DNA of 63,816 nt, the filler included, from Hausera hauseri (taxonomy: Eukaryota): the NCBI GenBank assembly GCA_046269625.1. It is 9 parts of 9 records of this genome, joined end to end, with 100 filler letters (N's around TTAATTAATTAA, not from the genome) between each part and the next. Parts side by side here need not be neighbours in the genome. Positions count along the whole stretch, not along the records: positions 24,156 to 30,702 come from JBJURY010088431.1; positions 30,803 to 36,761 come from JBJURY010162865.1; positions 36,862 to 42,314 come from JBJURY010251847.1; 6 more parts are not named here. The stretch is one strand, 5' to 3'. Below, piece after piece: positions 24,156 to 37,479 of the stretch. Every line of letters starts with the position of its first letter. Within the stretch, counting starts at the first letter, position 1. The translations under genes were made by a program, and so were the position numbers. A model generated the notes under the pieces. It did not search any database and was not told the DNA's origin. It saw nothing but the letters and a program-made list of their open reading frames with translations.

Positions 24156-27100
24156 AAAAGAATATGAAAAGAAATTACGACTAATGGAAGTCTATCATGG
24201 ATTAAAAGAACCATAAACCAAAGAAGAATGGGCTTTGGCACCAAATAATACTAATATGGCGCGTAAGAAATCTATTTCGCAAGGAATAACTCAATCAGAA
24301 GAACCAACGACATCTCAAAATGTCGATATAGATGAAGAATCCGAAAAGAACCAACCAGACGAAATAAGAGATGAAATAGAAAGTGAATTTATTGGACCCT
24401 TGATCCTCAAACTGACGAAGAATAGAGGTAGAAGCCCATTGCCTAAGAGAAGATCTAAGAACCGCTCACGGTCTCCTATAATAAAAGATTTATATACTGC
24501 TGTGCTAAGAGATGACTCGCCCTCAGATATTTCTATTACGCCTATAGGGATTCTAGAAGAGTTAGAAACTCCCGAGATGATAAATATTAATGACGAAATA
24601 AATGAAATTTATCCGCTCCTCGCTAGTGAAGAAGAGATGGACGATATTAATGATCCTGATGCGAGAAAATGGAAAGGTCGACGTTCATGAAAGAATGCCG
24701 ATGAATTAAAGAAGATGAGAATTAGGTGTCACAATCCAGAAATACTCCGACACAACTTAGAGAGGCTTAAACAGATCAGTAAACAAACAGACATATCTGG
24801 TAAAGAACAACAATTTGCGCAGAAATTATGTAAGATTTTAAAATTACGTCGTGAAGGAAAACTTGATGAAGCAATCGAATTAAGGCAACATGAAGAGGTG
24901 CCACGAGATACGTTGATGAAATGGAACCATGAATTAGAGCTATGGATTAAAAGTGGCGTTGAATTTTCTGAAGGATGAAGTAAAAACGAGGATAGTATTG
25001 ATGTGAAGGTTACTAAGGCTTAGATGCTACTATCTACCTTAGAAATAAATCCAAAAGTGAAGAGAGTAGTCCGTAATTTAGAACGTATAATAAATGAAAT
25101 TCGCTGTGCAATGATTAATCGTCTTAGCGAAAAACCGGTTAGCAATCGAAGTGATACTGATTTAGAAATATTGGCTGTAGACCCGATAGATATTCCGCCC
25201 TTAATGGAGATGATAAAATTTCTTTTGCTAAGCCTAGACGATATACAAACTTAGAGAATCGTATTAAAGTAGAGAATGAAAAAAGATCACAAATCAACAG
25301 TTTAAGAAATCGAATAATGTCCATGAATAATGAAGAAACCGAATACATAATAAAAGCTTGTATCATAGAATTCGACGAATATAAGGATGAGCTCAATTTT
25401 GTTAGCCAATTTATGAATTTCATAAAAGGCCCAGACGATGAATTGAAAGATGCATATAAGATGCTAGACAAAGCAATATTAGCAAAGCCAATAATTGCCA
25501 ACCAGTTATCAGAATGGTTCGAACTAATAACGAGATTAAGCAAATTACTAGAAGACCGTAAGAAAGAATTTCCGGAAAGTGAACCATTTGTAAGAAAACG
25601 ACTAAAAGAAGGAGCATGTAACTTAGATATGATACAAGCAGAGATAAACATCCGAATGCAATTCGCAGCTTTGCGACGATTAAATTTTATGAAGAAGAAG
25701 CAAGAAATGACAATATTGGAAGAAATCTATAAAATGACCGAAGAAACGAACTTTACCGAAAAACGAAATATGACTTGCAATTTTTACTCAAAGTTAAGAA
25801 GCATCCGATGAGAAGGAATCCAACACTTAACAGAGAAACCTATCGACGAGATTTCAATCCAGGACATCGAAAGCCTAGTTATTTGTCCAGAACATAGAGC
25901 AGACCCTATAAAAGCAGTAAGAATCCTGCATAAACCACGACAATGGATGGCCGGTACAGATCAGAATTGTCACACCGAATTGAAGAAAATAAGAAACAAC
26001 CAACGTCTTAGTGTCGAAGAATCTAAGTTCGTTAAGAAATTGCTGGACGCAATGGATCCCGACTCAAAAATTAGAAATGAAATGTACGCATTAGCCTACC
26101 TGTTGGTAAAAATGGCGGAGATTAATGATGAGAAGATGAGACAATTCATGCCCAAATTACAACAAGTTGAAGAAACATGCATCAGAACGAAACAAAGAGC
26201 AATAAGGCTAGTTGAAATAACAAAGGAGTTTGAAGGTTACCGGAATAAATACGCTTTTACCGAATTAGAGATCAAAAATAAGCAAGAAATCGTACAAAGA
26301 TGGCAAAGGGACGTAATTATGGAGCTAACCGATTATCATTAAAAAGGATTCATCAATCATAATGAATTAGGCGAACTACTAAAAATGATTCAATATGCCT
26401 GTGGAAACGGAACAGGTTTCCGAACTACTCAGATAAAAGAAATACAACCGAGACTGAAAGAAATTCGAGAAAATGTCCAAAGAACGAACACAGCTCTAGT
26501 AGACTATGGACTCCCAGATATTGGGAATGAACCTGAATGGGATGCTTATCTAGAAGAAATAACGGCCGAAAATCCGGTAACTGCAGTACACATAGATGAA
26601 ATAGAAATGTATCCGCAGAACAGGGAATTTAATGTGGAGATGCTCCTAGACTCAGCGTTAGCCGAGAAGGACTTAATGAAATCAATTAATGTGGATATGA
26701 CTGAGATTAAGCTCAGGCAGCTCATTCCAACTTTCACTAAATTATCCAGTGAAAACATAATTTACAACACGTTGCCGAAACTTTTAATAAAGAAGTATGC
26801 GAAAATCTTGAAGGATAAACCTGAGGTAACGATGAAAATAATGGTATCATCCGAATGGATGGAAGAAAAAGAATGTGAGCTAACCACTTATTCTTACGTA
26901 AAGGACGTAAGCGAATGGTTATTAAATAATGGTGGAACAAATGGGCTAAATTACAGATTTTACTTTAGAAAAGGAATACTCGACGATTTAGAATAGTTAA
27001 TATGTGTCGGAATTATCCCTGACAAAACAAATCGCATAGTAGTAAAAATAGCCAATGAACAAACGAAAGAAAAAGCCAGACGGAAGGCGAAAACGGAACA

Positions 27101-30100
27101 GTGCGTAGGACAAATCATGGGAGTACGAGATGCGGCAATGTATTTCGAGTATTTACAGACGGACGAAGACAAGGAACAATACGACAGAAATCTAGTACCG
27201 CTAAGTTGAATGTCAACGAATGCTCCAAAACCGAAACGCCCAGTCGGCAGACCTAGGAAGTCCCGAGAAGAAATTGACTATGACGGAGAACTGATGAGAG
27301 AGTTAAGACAGATGTCGATCCCTTCCTTTAATGCCGATAACGAAGAATTAAGTGAGTTAATGAAGAATTTAATACGTGTTGTAAATTATTCAAGTCTCCG
27401 CGGAGAGACATTAGATGACAAAGAAAAGGTGATATTTAGCGCAGCTAGAACAATGAGGAGTTCGCGCTTCAAACTGTCAAACAGCAGCCTAACTGACGAC
27501 GCAGTAGTTGAGAAAATTATGGTGGAAAATACGACAGAAGAGCTAAGGAAAGTATTATTGTACTTGGCTATCAAGACAAATCCAATTCGAGAAAATGAAC
27601 TGAACCGAGCTACGAGCTTGTCACGAAAAGCAGCTAAGAAGCTTCCATGCGAAGTAAATTGGCAAAAATTGTTTGATACGGAAGAAGATAAAAGAATCAG
27701 CAGTAACAACGGACTCGGAGACATTATACGGAAATTGACGACAACGGATAACAACAACCGAAAGAATGAATCTAACTGGTTAATCAGTTTGCTCACTATA
27801 ATGATGCTAATAAAACAGATGGGTGCTGTCACTGTCTACGATTGCGATAGATTTAAGTTAGGACAAAAATACTATTAATGGACTTAGAAGTGTGTGAAGA
27901 TGCTAGACCACATAAATTGGAAACAAAGGAGAAGAGTTATTTCCTATACCAACAAGAAGAGTTGATATTTTTGGATGGCATGGAGTGTATGCTGAGACGA
28001 TCTCGCAGCATTTTCCACTGTGGACTTATGCACGGATACTCTTCAATAATCAAACCAACAACCCCTCCGATTCCAATGAATTTGGAAAGACAGCATTGCA
28101 AGCAGGCCCGAGAGATCGGAAGATTGAAATGCGATAGTATGGAACTAAAAATACAGCCCGAGAAGATAATTAGAGCATACAAAATAGTAGTTGGAAGGTT
28201 CGATATGCATAACGGGCACTGTATTGGAGCAGAATACAACACCAGAAAAGGACTAGAAGCAAACGTAGTAGTAGTGGACTTTTACGAATCGGAAATGCAA
28301 GTCCAGAAAGTGATGTTCCATAGCGTCACTAAGCTGTATACCGAGAATCAAAAATGCCACATGAAAGACGGTACATGCACTTTCAGAAGTTCTGTCGTCA
28401 TATGGGAACCACCCGCATGAAAAGGCTGTAATTTTATTAATATTAAGGAACTAAAATTTAATGAAACTACCGTAAAACGATACGTAGATAAACCCGACAT
28501 CAGTTCAAGGGCACGAGAAAATGTATCAGAACATCATACACCTACGATACTAATTCCTGATCAACATGGATTAAAATTCATAAAAAGGAAATGATTTCAC
28601 GTTGCGAAGTAGTAATGTTCACCACTAACTACAAAGCGTTCTTTGTCGCAGAAACGGATATAAACGCAAAAACATACAACTTAGAAACGCAAGACATTCG
28701 AATCGGAGATTATCTAAAAAACCGAGACGATTGTTTTTATTATAAAGGACAAGTCGGGATAGCCGAGCTATATCACAAAATGATAACTAATGACTGCAAA
28801 TTAGATATAGAAATTATGAGAACAAAATTATCTCTCATTTATGCGAACCCCGAGTTAGCTTCACCGATCATTCCCATGAGAGAAGGAACTTTCGGCCGAG
28901 TTACTGGCGAGGTCCTACTGACCTACGAGTGCGAGAAAAGAGACGTAGCAATTAATGTCGAAGAAAAACGGTGTATACAAGGGCTTCCTGTGATCTATCA
29001 AAACACTCAGCGCTTAGCCATGCCCCTTACTAGAGTGATGCTATACAACGCAACACAACCTACAATACTGAAGGACTGTAAGGCATGTTTGGGTGAACCA
29101 ATCTTTAGGCGTAGCGAAACAGATTGGGTTAGCTTACCTTATGGAGACGTTACTATCATTCCTAAAAGACTAACTGGAACTATTTTAGCGAAAGGAATTA
29201 CTGATGACAAATTTCAGGACATCTCAAAAGGGTATTTACAGGCCCAGAGAGATTGAAGCTTTTCGACAATTTCTCTCTTCCACGGCAACGTACACACGAA
29301 TTAAACCGAGCTATGGCATTAGTAGTAGATGATATTCACTACCAAGCTAAATGGGAATCCCTGCTTGGTGCTAACCATTACCAACGGGTAACCACAGAAG
29401 TACTCTACAAAATATGGAGAAGATTTTTAATTTTTGGACAAGCTGCATCGGGATTCTTAGCAATTTATTTTTTGCTACAGCTAGTAAAAGCGGTAATTTA
29501 AGCGGTCATAAATGGGTACGAAATGTTTACACTAACAGGATTTTCCTGCAAGATCTTAACCGCAATCATTACCCTTCGGCAAAATGCTTAAAGCCTATGA
29601 AGAAAATCGATGGAAAAATGACGTTGTACGCCATGTCGGCTACCATAATTATAAAAGACGAGCCAGACCCACGTTTCTATCGAAACTAAAAGCGAAGAAA
29701 TTAACAACATTGAGAAATGAGTCCGATGATGACGAGCCTAAGGGAGGAGAAGCAATCCTCAGACAAAACAGACATAAAATGTATTCAGTAATTAAGGCAT
29801 CTTTGCTCATCATGCCGCCAACGGCTCCAATATACGAAGATTGCGACAGAACATCTATGATGTCATATAAATCTGAAACTCATCATAAAAGTTCTAGCTA
29901 TGAGGACCCTGACGAAGGAACAAAAGAATATGGAGTATTAAAGAAAATGCAAATCACTAATCAACGACGAGCGGAAGATGACCACAGGATATTGTACTCA
30001 CCGAAAATAGCTCGTAATATAGAGACAAGATCGGCAGTCTGGGGAACACAAGGAATGAAATCGTTCCAAAACCCAATAATACAAGAACCATTAATTAGAA

Positions 30101-30702
30101 ACAACGCAGGTAGCGTAGCAATCAACGACTTGTACCCTAACAAAGAACTGAAACCGTTGACCCAGAATATCATTTCATCACCCGAAATAACGGTAAATGG
30201 ACATAAGATTTTTTTAATTAAACGACCAAAGGACTTGTCAAGTTGTTATGGAACAGTTATGGAAGGGAGACCATTCACAAAGTTACCATTGAAGATTGGG
30301 AAGTCTATGCCTTAATCGACACCGGATCAGAGAAATCGTTTATCAAGTTAGAATCAATACCGCCGACACTGAAAACAACTACAGCCAGCATCGTCGTCAG
30401 ACCCAGGCAGCATAGGAGTCTTCGGGAAAGAATCCAAACCGAAATTTAAATGGAGTCATTTAGTCCAATTAATGGGCCAAATCCTTCGACACGAGTTCGC
30501 CATAATGGACCAACTAACCGATGATGTACTGTTAGGTTGCGACATACTAAAACAATTACCCAATATCGCAATAAACGTACAGACGGGAAAACTACTTGAA
30601 CTCGGATCAGTGAAAGGAATCAAAACAATGAAAGAAAAAAAGCTAGAAGTATAGATTCCCGTCGATGAAAATATTCCGCCCAGAACCGAAATGCTAATTT
30701 AT
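24156..30702 (+). mobile_element. Envelope-bearing Gypsy-like element family B, copy A (partial, decayed)
   Basis: Helical N-terminal region, Ubl (~26832-27050), AT-hook KPKRPVGRPRK, glycoprotein, PPTAPIY, protease ALIDTGSEKSF; collinear with 30803-36761. Confidence 0.88.
27775..29600 (+). pseudogene. Chuvirus (Jingchuvirales)-like glycoprotein, copy A
   Basis: Hydrophobic signal then VYDC…DLEVCE…C…SRSIFHCG.MHGYSS…GHCIGAEY…NVVVV…LY…C…P…GEV…C…LPV…PLTRV…WRRFLIFGQAASGFLAIY TM; the pattern matches chuvirus G proteins as I recall them. Confidence 0.8.
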
Positions 30703-31047
30703 NNNNNNNNNNNNNNNNNNNNNNNNNNNNNNNNNNNNNNNNNNNNTTAATTAATTAANNNNNNNNNNNNNNNNNNNNNNNNNNNNNNNNNNNNNNNNNN
30801 NNATGCGTGTGGAAACGGAGATGGATTTAGTGTATCAGTAATGAAAATATTACAACCGCAACTGAGAGAATTACGTGAAAGAATCCAGGTCGGACAAGCG
30901 GCATTAATGAACTATGACTTACCTGACGCAGAGAACGAAGCCGAGTGGGATGAATATCTCCAAGGTCTAACCGAGCAAAGTCAAAGAACCCCGATACAAA
31001 TTTATGAGTCGCCTACGGGTGCATAAAAGACGAAATTTGATGTCCAA

Positions 31048-32838
31048 ATGTTGCTGGATCCCACAGTAGCTGAAAGGGAACTGAGCAGTATGTTGAAAAT
31101 AAACATAAACGAAGATAAGTTAAGGAAATTGATTCCAACCTTGATTAAACTATCCAGCGAGAATACCGCATACAGCGCCGCACCCAAGCTCTTAATAAGA
31201 GAGTACGCTAAACTATTGAGAAATAAACCGGAAGCGGAAATTAAAGTGAAAGTATCATCTGAAGGAATGGATGACGAGGAATTTGAATGCACCACTATTA
31301 CCACCGTTGCGGACATTAGACAACGAATAATGTACAAGCATGGTAAGGAAGGAGTTAATTATCGGCTCTATTTCAGGGGTAGGATATTAGATGAATTAGA
31401 ATCCCTAATAGACGTAGAGATCATATCACACGAGGAGAATCGAATAATAGCAATAATTGCTAGTGAGCAAACCAAAGACAAAGCCATAAGGAAAGCACAT
31501 ACAGAACACTGCGTTGCAAAAATCATGGGGATTCAGGACGCCGCAATGTACTTTGAATATTTACAGACGGACGACGATAAACAGCAATACGATAAGAATT
31601 TAGTCCCACTAAGCGAAACTTTACCATTAGCAAAACCGAAAAGACCAATCGGAAGACCAAGAAAAATAAAAGAAGTGGACTATAATGCAGACTTAATTAA
31701 GGAACTAAGACAACTATCGGTACCCACTCCGAGCTCAGATAATGAAGAATTAGTTGAGCTGATGAAGGATTTAATAAGAATAGTTAATTATACCGGACTA
31801 CAAGATGACATACTATCCGAAAAGGAAAGACTAATATATAATATAGCACGGACAATGAAAACGTCGCAATTCAAACTATCTAAAAGTACCCTCCCTGATG
31901 AAACAGTAATTGACAGAATTATGGTAGACAATACGACGGAAGAATTAAGAAATGTTTTGATATATTTAGCTGTAAAATCAAATCCTCTCCGAGAAAATAA
32001 GTTCGACAAGACGATCGGGTTAGCTAGGAAGGCGGCGAGAAGGGTACCTAAAGGAATAAAATGGGTTAAACTATTTGAAAAAGAACGCAATGTGAAGAAG
32101 ACCAATAACTTAGAGGACATAGTGCGAAACATCTCTTCGAGTAAAGGGAAAGAATCGAATTGGTTAATCAATCTACTAACAATGTTAGTGAAGCAGATGG
32201 GAGTGGTCACCATATACGATTGTGACAAATTCAAGGTGAGCCAGAAATACTCTTTGATGGACTTAAAAACATGTGAGGACGCGAGGCCCCACAAGCTCCA
32301 GACAATAGAGAAGAAACATATACTATATCAACAAAGTGAGTTAATTGCAATGGATGCAACAGAATGCATGATACGTATATCCCGCAGCGTATTTCATTGT
32401 GGTAATATGCACGGCCATTTTTCAGTAATCAAACCTACCACACAATTGATAACCATGAACGTGGACGGACAACACTGCTTAGGAGCCCGGTCAACCGGTA
32501 AAATGGTTTGGGACGGCATGGAATTGGAAGCCCAAGAAGGAAAAATAATTAGAGCCTACAAAGTGGCAGTGGGAACATTGAACATGCATACCGGTTATTG
32601 TGTCGGAGGAGAATACGACACAGGAAAGGGAATAGAAGAAGAAATAGTAGTCGTAGATTTTTACGAAACCGAGTTAAGATCCTTAAAAGCGATGTTTCAT
32701 AGTGTTACCAAACTATTCACTGAAAATCAGAAATGTCACATTCATGACGGTGCTTGCACGTTCCGAAGTTCGGTTATTGTATGGAATCCACCCTCAAAGA
32801 AAGACTGCAATTTTATCAAAATCAGAGTTAAAATTTAA
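31048..32838 (+). CDS. Open polyprotein segment: Ubl domain + AT-hook + internal signal peptide + N-terminal glycoprotein ectodomain
   Basis: One uninterrupted 596-aa frame: IKVKVSSEG…TVADIRQRI…YRLYFRGRILDELESLIDVEI; KPKRPIGRPRK; WLINLLTMLVKQMGVVTIYDC…. Confidence 0.85.
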   Translation: MLLDPTVAERELSSMLKININEDKLRKLIPTLIKLSSENTAYSAAPKLLIREYAKLLRNKPEAEIKVKVSSEGMDDEEFECTTITTVADIRQRIMYKHGKEGVNYRLYFRGRILDELESLIDVEIISHEENRIIAIIASEQTKDKAIRKAHTEHCVAKIMGIQDAAMYFEYLQTDDDKQQYDKNLVPLSETLPLAKPKRPIGRPRKIKEVDYNADLIKELRQLSVPTPSSDNEELVELMKDLIRIVNYTGLQDDILSEKERLIYNIARTMKTSQFKLSKSTLPDETVIDRIMVDNTTEELRNVLIYLAVKSNPLRENKFDKTIGLARKAARRVPKGIKWVKLFEKERNVKKTNNLEDIVRNISSSKGKESNWLINLLTMLVKQMGVVTIYDCDKFKVSQKYSLMDLKTCEDARPHKLQTIEKKHILYQQSELIAMDATECMIRISRSVFHCGNMHGHFSVIKPTTQLITMNVDGQHCLGARSTGKMVWDGMELEAQEGKIIRAYKVAVGTLNMHTGYCVGGEYDTGKGIEEEIVVVDFYETELRSLKAMFHSVTKLFTENQKCHIHDGACTFRSSVIVWNPPSKKDCNFIKIRVKI

Positions 32839-33960
32839 TGAGACTACCGGAAAGCGTTATTCGAGCAGTTTACAGGCTCACACTAGATCAAGGAAAGATG
32901 TAATAGAACAGTCCACACTAACCATATTAATATCAGATGTACACGGGTTAAAATTTATTAGGAAGGATATGTTATCACGCTGCGATGTAGTTATGTATGC
33001 CACCAACTACGAAGCATTTTTGCAACATAAACAGAAATCGATATGAAAACGTATGACTTAAAACACAAGATGTGCGGATCGAAGATTACCTCAAAAACCG
33101 AGATGACTATTTCTATTACAAAGGGCAGACCGGAATAGCGGAGCTATATCATAAAATGATAACAAATGACTGCAGACTAGATACTGAAGTCATGAGAACC
33201 AAACTGGCTTTAATTTACGCCAATCCAGAATTGGCATCACCAATTATTCCAATGAAAGACGGTGTTTTTGGGCCAGTCACTGGAGAGGTTCTATTAACTT
33301 ACGAATGCGAAAAGAGAGACGTATTAATTAACGTAAAAGAGAAAAGATGCATGCAAGAGTTATTGGTCATCTATGAGAATATGCCAAGTCTGGCGATGCC
33401 GCTCACCAGAGTATTATTGGCAAACTCCACCGAACCAACAATATTGAAGGAATGCAAAACAACCTGAGGCGAACCAATGTTTAGACGTAGTGGAAACGAC
33501 TGGATAAGTTTACCAAATGGAGGTACAGCCGCATCCCCTAGTAAGCTAACGGGGACAAATCTAATCAAAGGATTATCGGAAGATAAATTTGAAGATACAG
33601 CTAATAAAGGAATTTATAGGCCAAAAGACATAGAAGCTTTAGGCAATTTTTAGCATTTCTGCGACAGCGGACTTACGAACTAACTCGGGTCATGTCAATG
33701 GTCATGGACGACACCCGCTTTCAGGCAAAATGGGAATCGTTATTGGGCGCTAATCACTATCAAAGAGTAAGTTCAGAGATATTGTATAAAATTTGGGGAA
33801 GGTTTTTAATTTTCGGACAAACCGCATCTGGATTCTTAGCCATCTACTTCTTAGTCAGGTTAATTAAAGCAGTGATCCAAGCTATTATAAACGGATATGA
33901 AATATTCACATTGAAAGGATTCGCTTGCAAAATCTTGACCGCAATCATCACACCCTTTGA
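32161..33960 (+). pseudogene. Chuvirus-like glycoprotein, copy B
   Basis: Same conserved Cys pattern as copy A, KGIY motif, TM WGRFLIFGQTASGFLAIYFLVRLIK. Confidence 0.8.
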
Positions 33961-34649
33961 AAAAATGCTTAAGGTTTACGAAGAAAATCGCTGGGAAAAT
34001 GATGTAGAACGCCACATCGGATGCTATAACCGCAAACGACGAGGAAGGCCCTCCATTTTGTATAGACATAAAAATACGACAATAGTAACACGAAAGAATG
34101 ATTCAGATGATGACGAGCCTAATGGAGGAGAAGTGAGTTCCAGAAAGAGGATGCACAAGATGTACTCAGTGATTAATGCGCCATTGTCCATCATGCCGCC
34201 AACAGCACCAATATATGAAGACTGCGACCGCAAATTAATCGTATCATGTGGGTCCGAAATCTATCAAAAATCCATTAATTACGAAGATCCTTATGAAAAA
34301 AACAAAACAATACGGAGTACTATGGAAAATGAATGTTATCCACCAAGGACCAACCGAAAACGACCACGGAATATTGTACTCGAAAAGGATACCGCGTCAC
34401 ACAGAATCGAAATCAACAATCTGGGAGAACTCGAAACTGTGTTCGATCTCAAGTTCACTACCCCAGGAACTGCTCATTGATAGTCGCGTTACCGATATAA
34501 CAAAAAAACGACTTGTATCCGAACGGTGAATTACGACAATTAAGGCAAGATATTATTTCATCGCCAGAAATAACGATAAATGGACATAGAATCTCTACTA
34601 TACAACAGTCAAAGGTAGCGTCAAATTGCTACGGAACAGTAGTAGAAGG

Positions 34650-36761
34650 CAGACCTTTCGCTAAAATACACATCGAAGATTAGGAAGTGTATGCATTAAT
34701 AGACACAGGATCAGAAAAATCATTTGTAAAATACGAATCTATACCAACCACATTACGAGACTAACTATGTCCACCCACATCGTCGGACCCAGGTAATGTA
34801 CGAGCATTTGTATCGAAGCCAAAATTTAAATGGACTCCTACCGTCTATATGATGGGCCAGGCACTTCAACATGAATTTGCGATAATGGACCAGTTAACAG
34901 ACGATGTACTACTAAGTTAAGATATATTAAAACAGATACCAGGTATGACAATCGATGTGCACAATAGAAAATTAATTGAGTTCGAACCGATAACAGGGAT
35001 AAAAGTAATAAAAGAAAGGAAATCGGGCGAAGTATGGATTCCAGTAGATGAAGACATTTCGCCCAGAACCGAAATGATAATTTTTGCGCAGATCCGTCAA
35101 GGCGAAGATCTGCCGGTATATTTTGAGCCTCAAGAGAATATCAATTCAAACCTTATGTTTAGCAATATTTTATGTAAAGTAGTAACGGGACGAATACTTA
35201 TTAGATTAGTGAACAATGCGCAAATTCCTGTATTATTGCACGCTAACACTAATCTAGGTAACACTTGTAGAGTATCGGCAATAACAATAGAAGAAAAACT
35301 GTACAAGTGTGCTGAATTTCCACCTTACGTCGAAACCAAATTCTCTCTGGAAGCGTATTGCAAGTTCTACAAATTATTATGTAAATACAGTTCGATAATT
35401 GCACAAAATGAAGAAGACATAGGCAGAGCAAAGGCTATAAGATTAACAATTCCATTGAGGAAGAAACCCAACTCAAATGACGAAATCGACCTAGAATAAC
35501 AGAAAATGCCCAAATAATATCCACCTCCCCATTTATTGAGACCAGAAATAACTAAAGAAGTAGAACAAATGTTAAAGGCCGACATAATTCGACCAAGCTA
35601 CCTAGCATGGTACTCACCTATACTTATAGTTAAAAAGAAAGGAACTACAAAGCATCGATTTTGTATAGATTATCGGGCATTAAATACGCTGATGACAAAA
35701 GATTCGTTCCAACTACCATCAGTAAAAGAAGCATTAGATAGACTATCAGGAGCAAAATGGTTTACCACTCTCGACTTACAATCGGAATACTGGCAAGTGG
35801 AAATCGAAAAAGATCGATATAAGACGGCGTTCAAAACGCACGATGGCGTGTACGAATTTAATGTTATGCCTTTTGGCATCACCACAGGACCTGCTATTTT
35901 TACTAGGATGATGAATAAGATGCTTATGGGACTTGACCATCATTCGCGTACTTAGATGACATAATGATAGCATCAAAAACAGAAGAAGAACACTTAAAGG
36001 ACATCGAAGATACGTTCATGCGACTAGAACAAGCAGGATTGAAACTAAACCCAAAGAAATGTAAATGGGCGCAGAACGCAGTATTATACCTGGGACATAT
36101 AGTTGAAGAAGGAGGGTAAAAACCAGATAAGTCCCTGCTCAATAAAATATCTGATTGCATGGAACCACAGAATCAAAAAGAGTTAAGACATTGGCTAGGC
36201 CTATGTGGGTATTATGCCACTTATGTACCAAATAACTCGAAGATTAACGCACCACTATACCGCCTACTCAAGAAAGAAACTAAATTGAGATGTATAGACG
36301 TTGAGCAAAAAGCATTCGATGAAATGAAAAAAATCCTAACAAGTGAACCGGGCCTAAGATACCCTGATTTTAACTTACCATTCATCATTAAAACAGATGC
36401 AAGTAAAGAGGGCATAGGATATGAATTATCTCAAAAACGGAAAGATGAAAAACTGAAACATCCTATAGCCTATGGAGGACGCTCGTTGAAGAAAGCAGAA
36501 AAGAATTATTCAGTTACCGAACTAGAAACGTTAGTTGTTAAGGAAGCACTTCGACATTTTAAGGTCTATGTCTATGGACAGAAGATTATAATAGTAACCA
36601 ACCATGAAGCAGTTACGACTTTTAAAGGACGAGCTAATAACCCTAAATGTAGATTGAATAGCTGGATTGAATAAATTTCTTGACATAATATTAAATTCCG
36701 ATATAAACCAGGCAATAAGTATGTTGAAGCTGATGCATTGTCCAGACTGAAAACGAAAACA
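34650..36761 (+). pseudogene. pol: pol: protease, dUTPase-like spacer, RT, RNase H (Gypsy type)
   Basis: YALIDTGSEKSF; ILIRLVNNAQIPVLL; WYSPILIVKKK…FTTLDLQSEYWQV…KTAF…YLDD; RNase H. Confidence 0.92.
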
Positions 36762-37479
36762 NNNNNNNNNNNNNNNNNNNNNNNNNNNNNNNNNNNNNNN
36801 NNNNNTTAATTAATTAANNNNNNNNNNNNNNNNNNNNNNNNNNNNNNNNNNNNNNNNNNNNATCACTTGTTCTCCTGACAGTGTTTTGCGTGGTAACATA
36901 AAGCAGCAAGCTGCTTGCGAACGTGCTGGATCGACTTCTGATGAAGTCCTTTGGATGAAACGTCTCAACAAATTCATTCAACCTTTATTAATCCCATTGA
37001 AAACCAAATAAAGAAAACGTCCTGAGGACCTGACTTAACATTTGTTGGATTTTTTTTTATCTGGATTACTGAGCATGAACTTTGATGTAATTTGAACTCT
37101 TTGAAGGTCAGAGAAAAGAAAAAAAAAGTGTCATTTTAGAATAAATTAATTATTTGACGACTCCAACTTATTTTGTTTTTGCACCCTCTGTTGTTGAAAC
37201 TAGAGAAACCCCTGAGCTGAATTAAATGAACACACACCAACAGAAGGATTGCCTCATTCAGTCAACAGAGTACTGGACTTCTGTTGCAGTTTATTTAACA
37301 ATATTGTATACAAGTAAGAAATGAATCTTTTACCAGTTTATACAGTGATTTCATTCTCTCTTCCTTATATTTATAGTATTTTTGCTTAATAGCTTGATTT
37401 ACAATAGGAGAAAAAGGAAACCCCCCCCCAAATTCAAGTGTTTGTGAGAAGGTTGATGACAATTAAGCTTTCCTTACGG

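Larger units (their letters stand above)
30803..36761 (+). mobile_element. Envelope-bearing Gypsy-like element family B, copy B (partial, decayed)
   Basis: Same architecture as copy A, continuing through PR, RT (RFCIDYRALN, MPFG, YLDD at 35949) and RNase H (IKTDASKEGIG…YSVTELETL). Confidence 0.92.
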
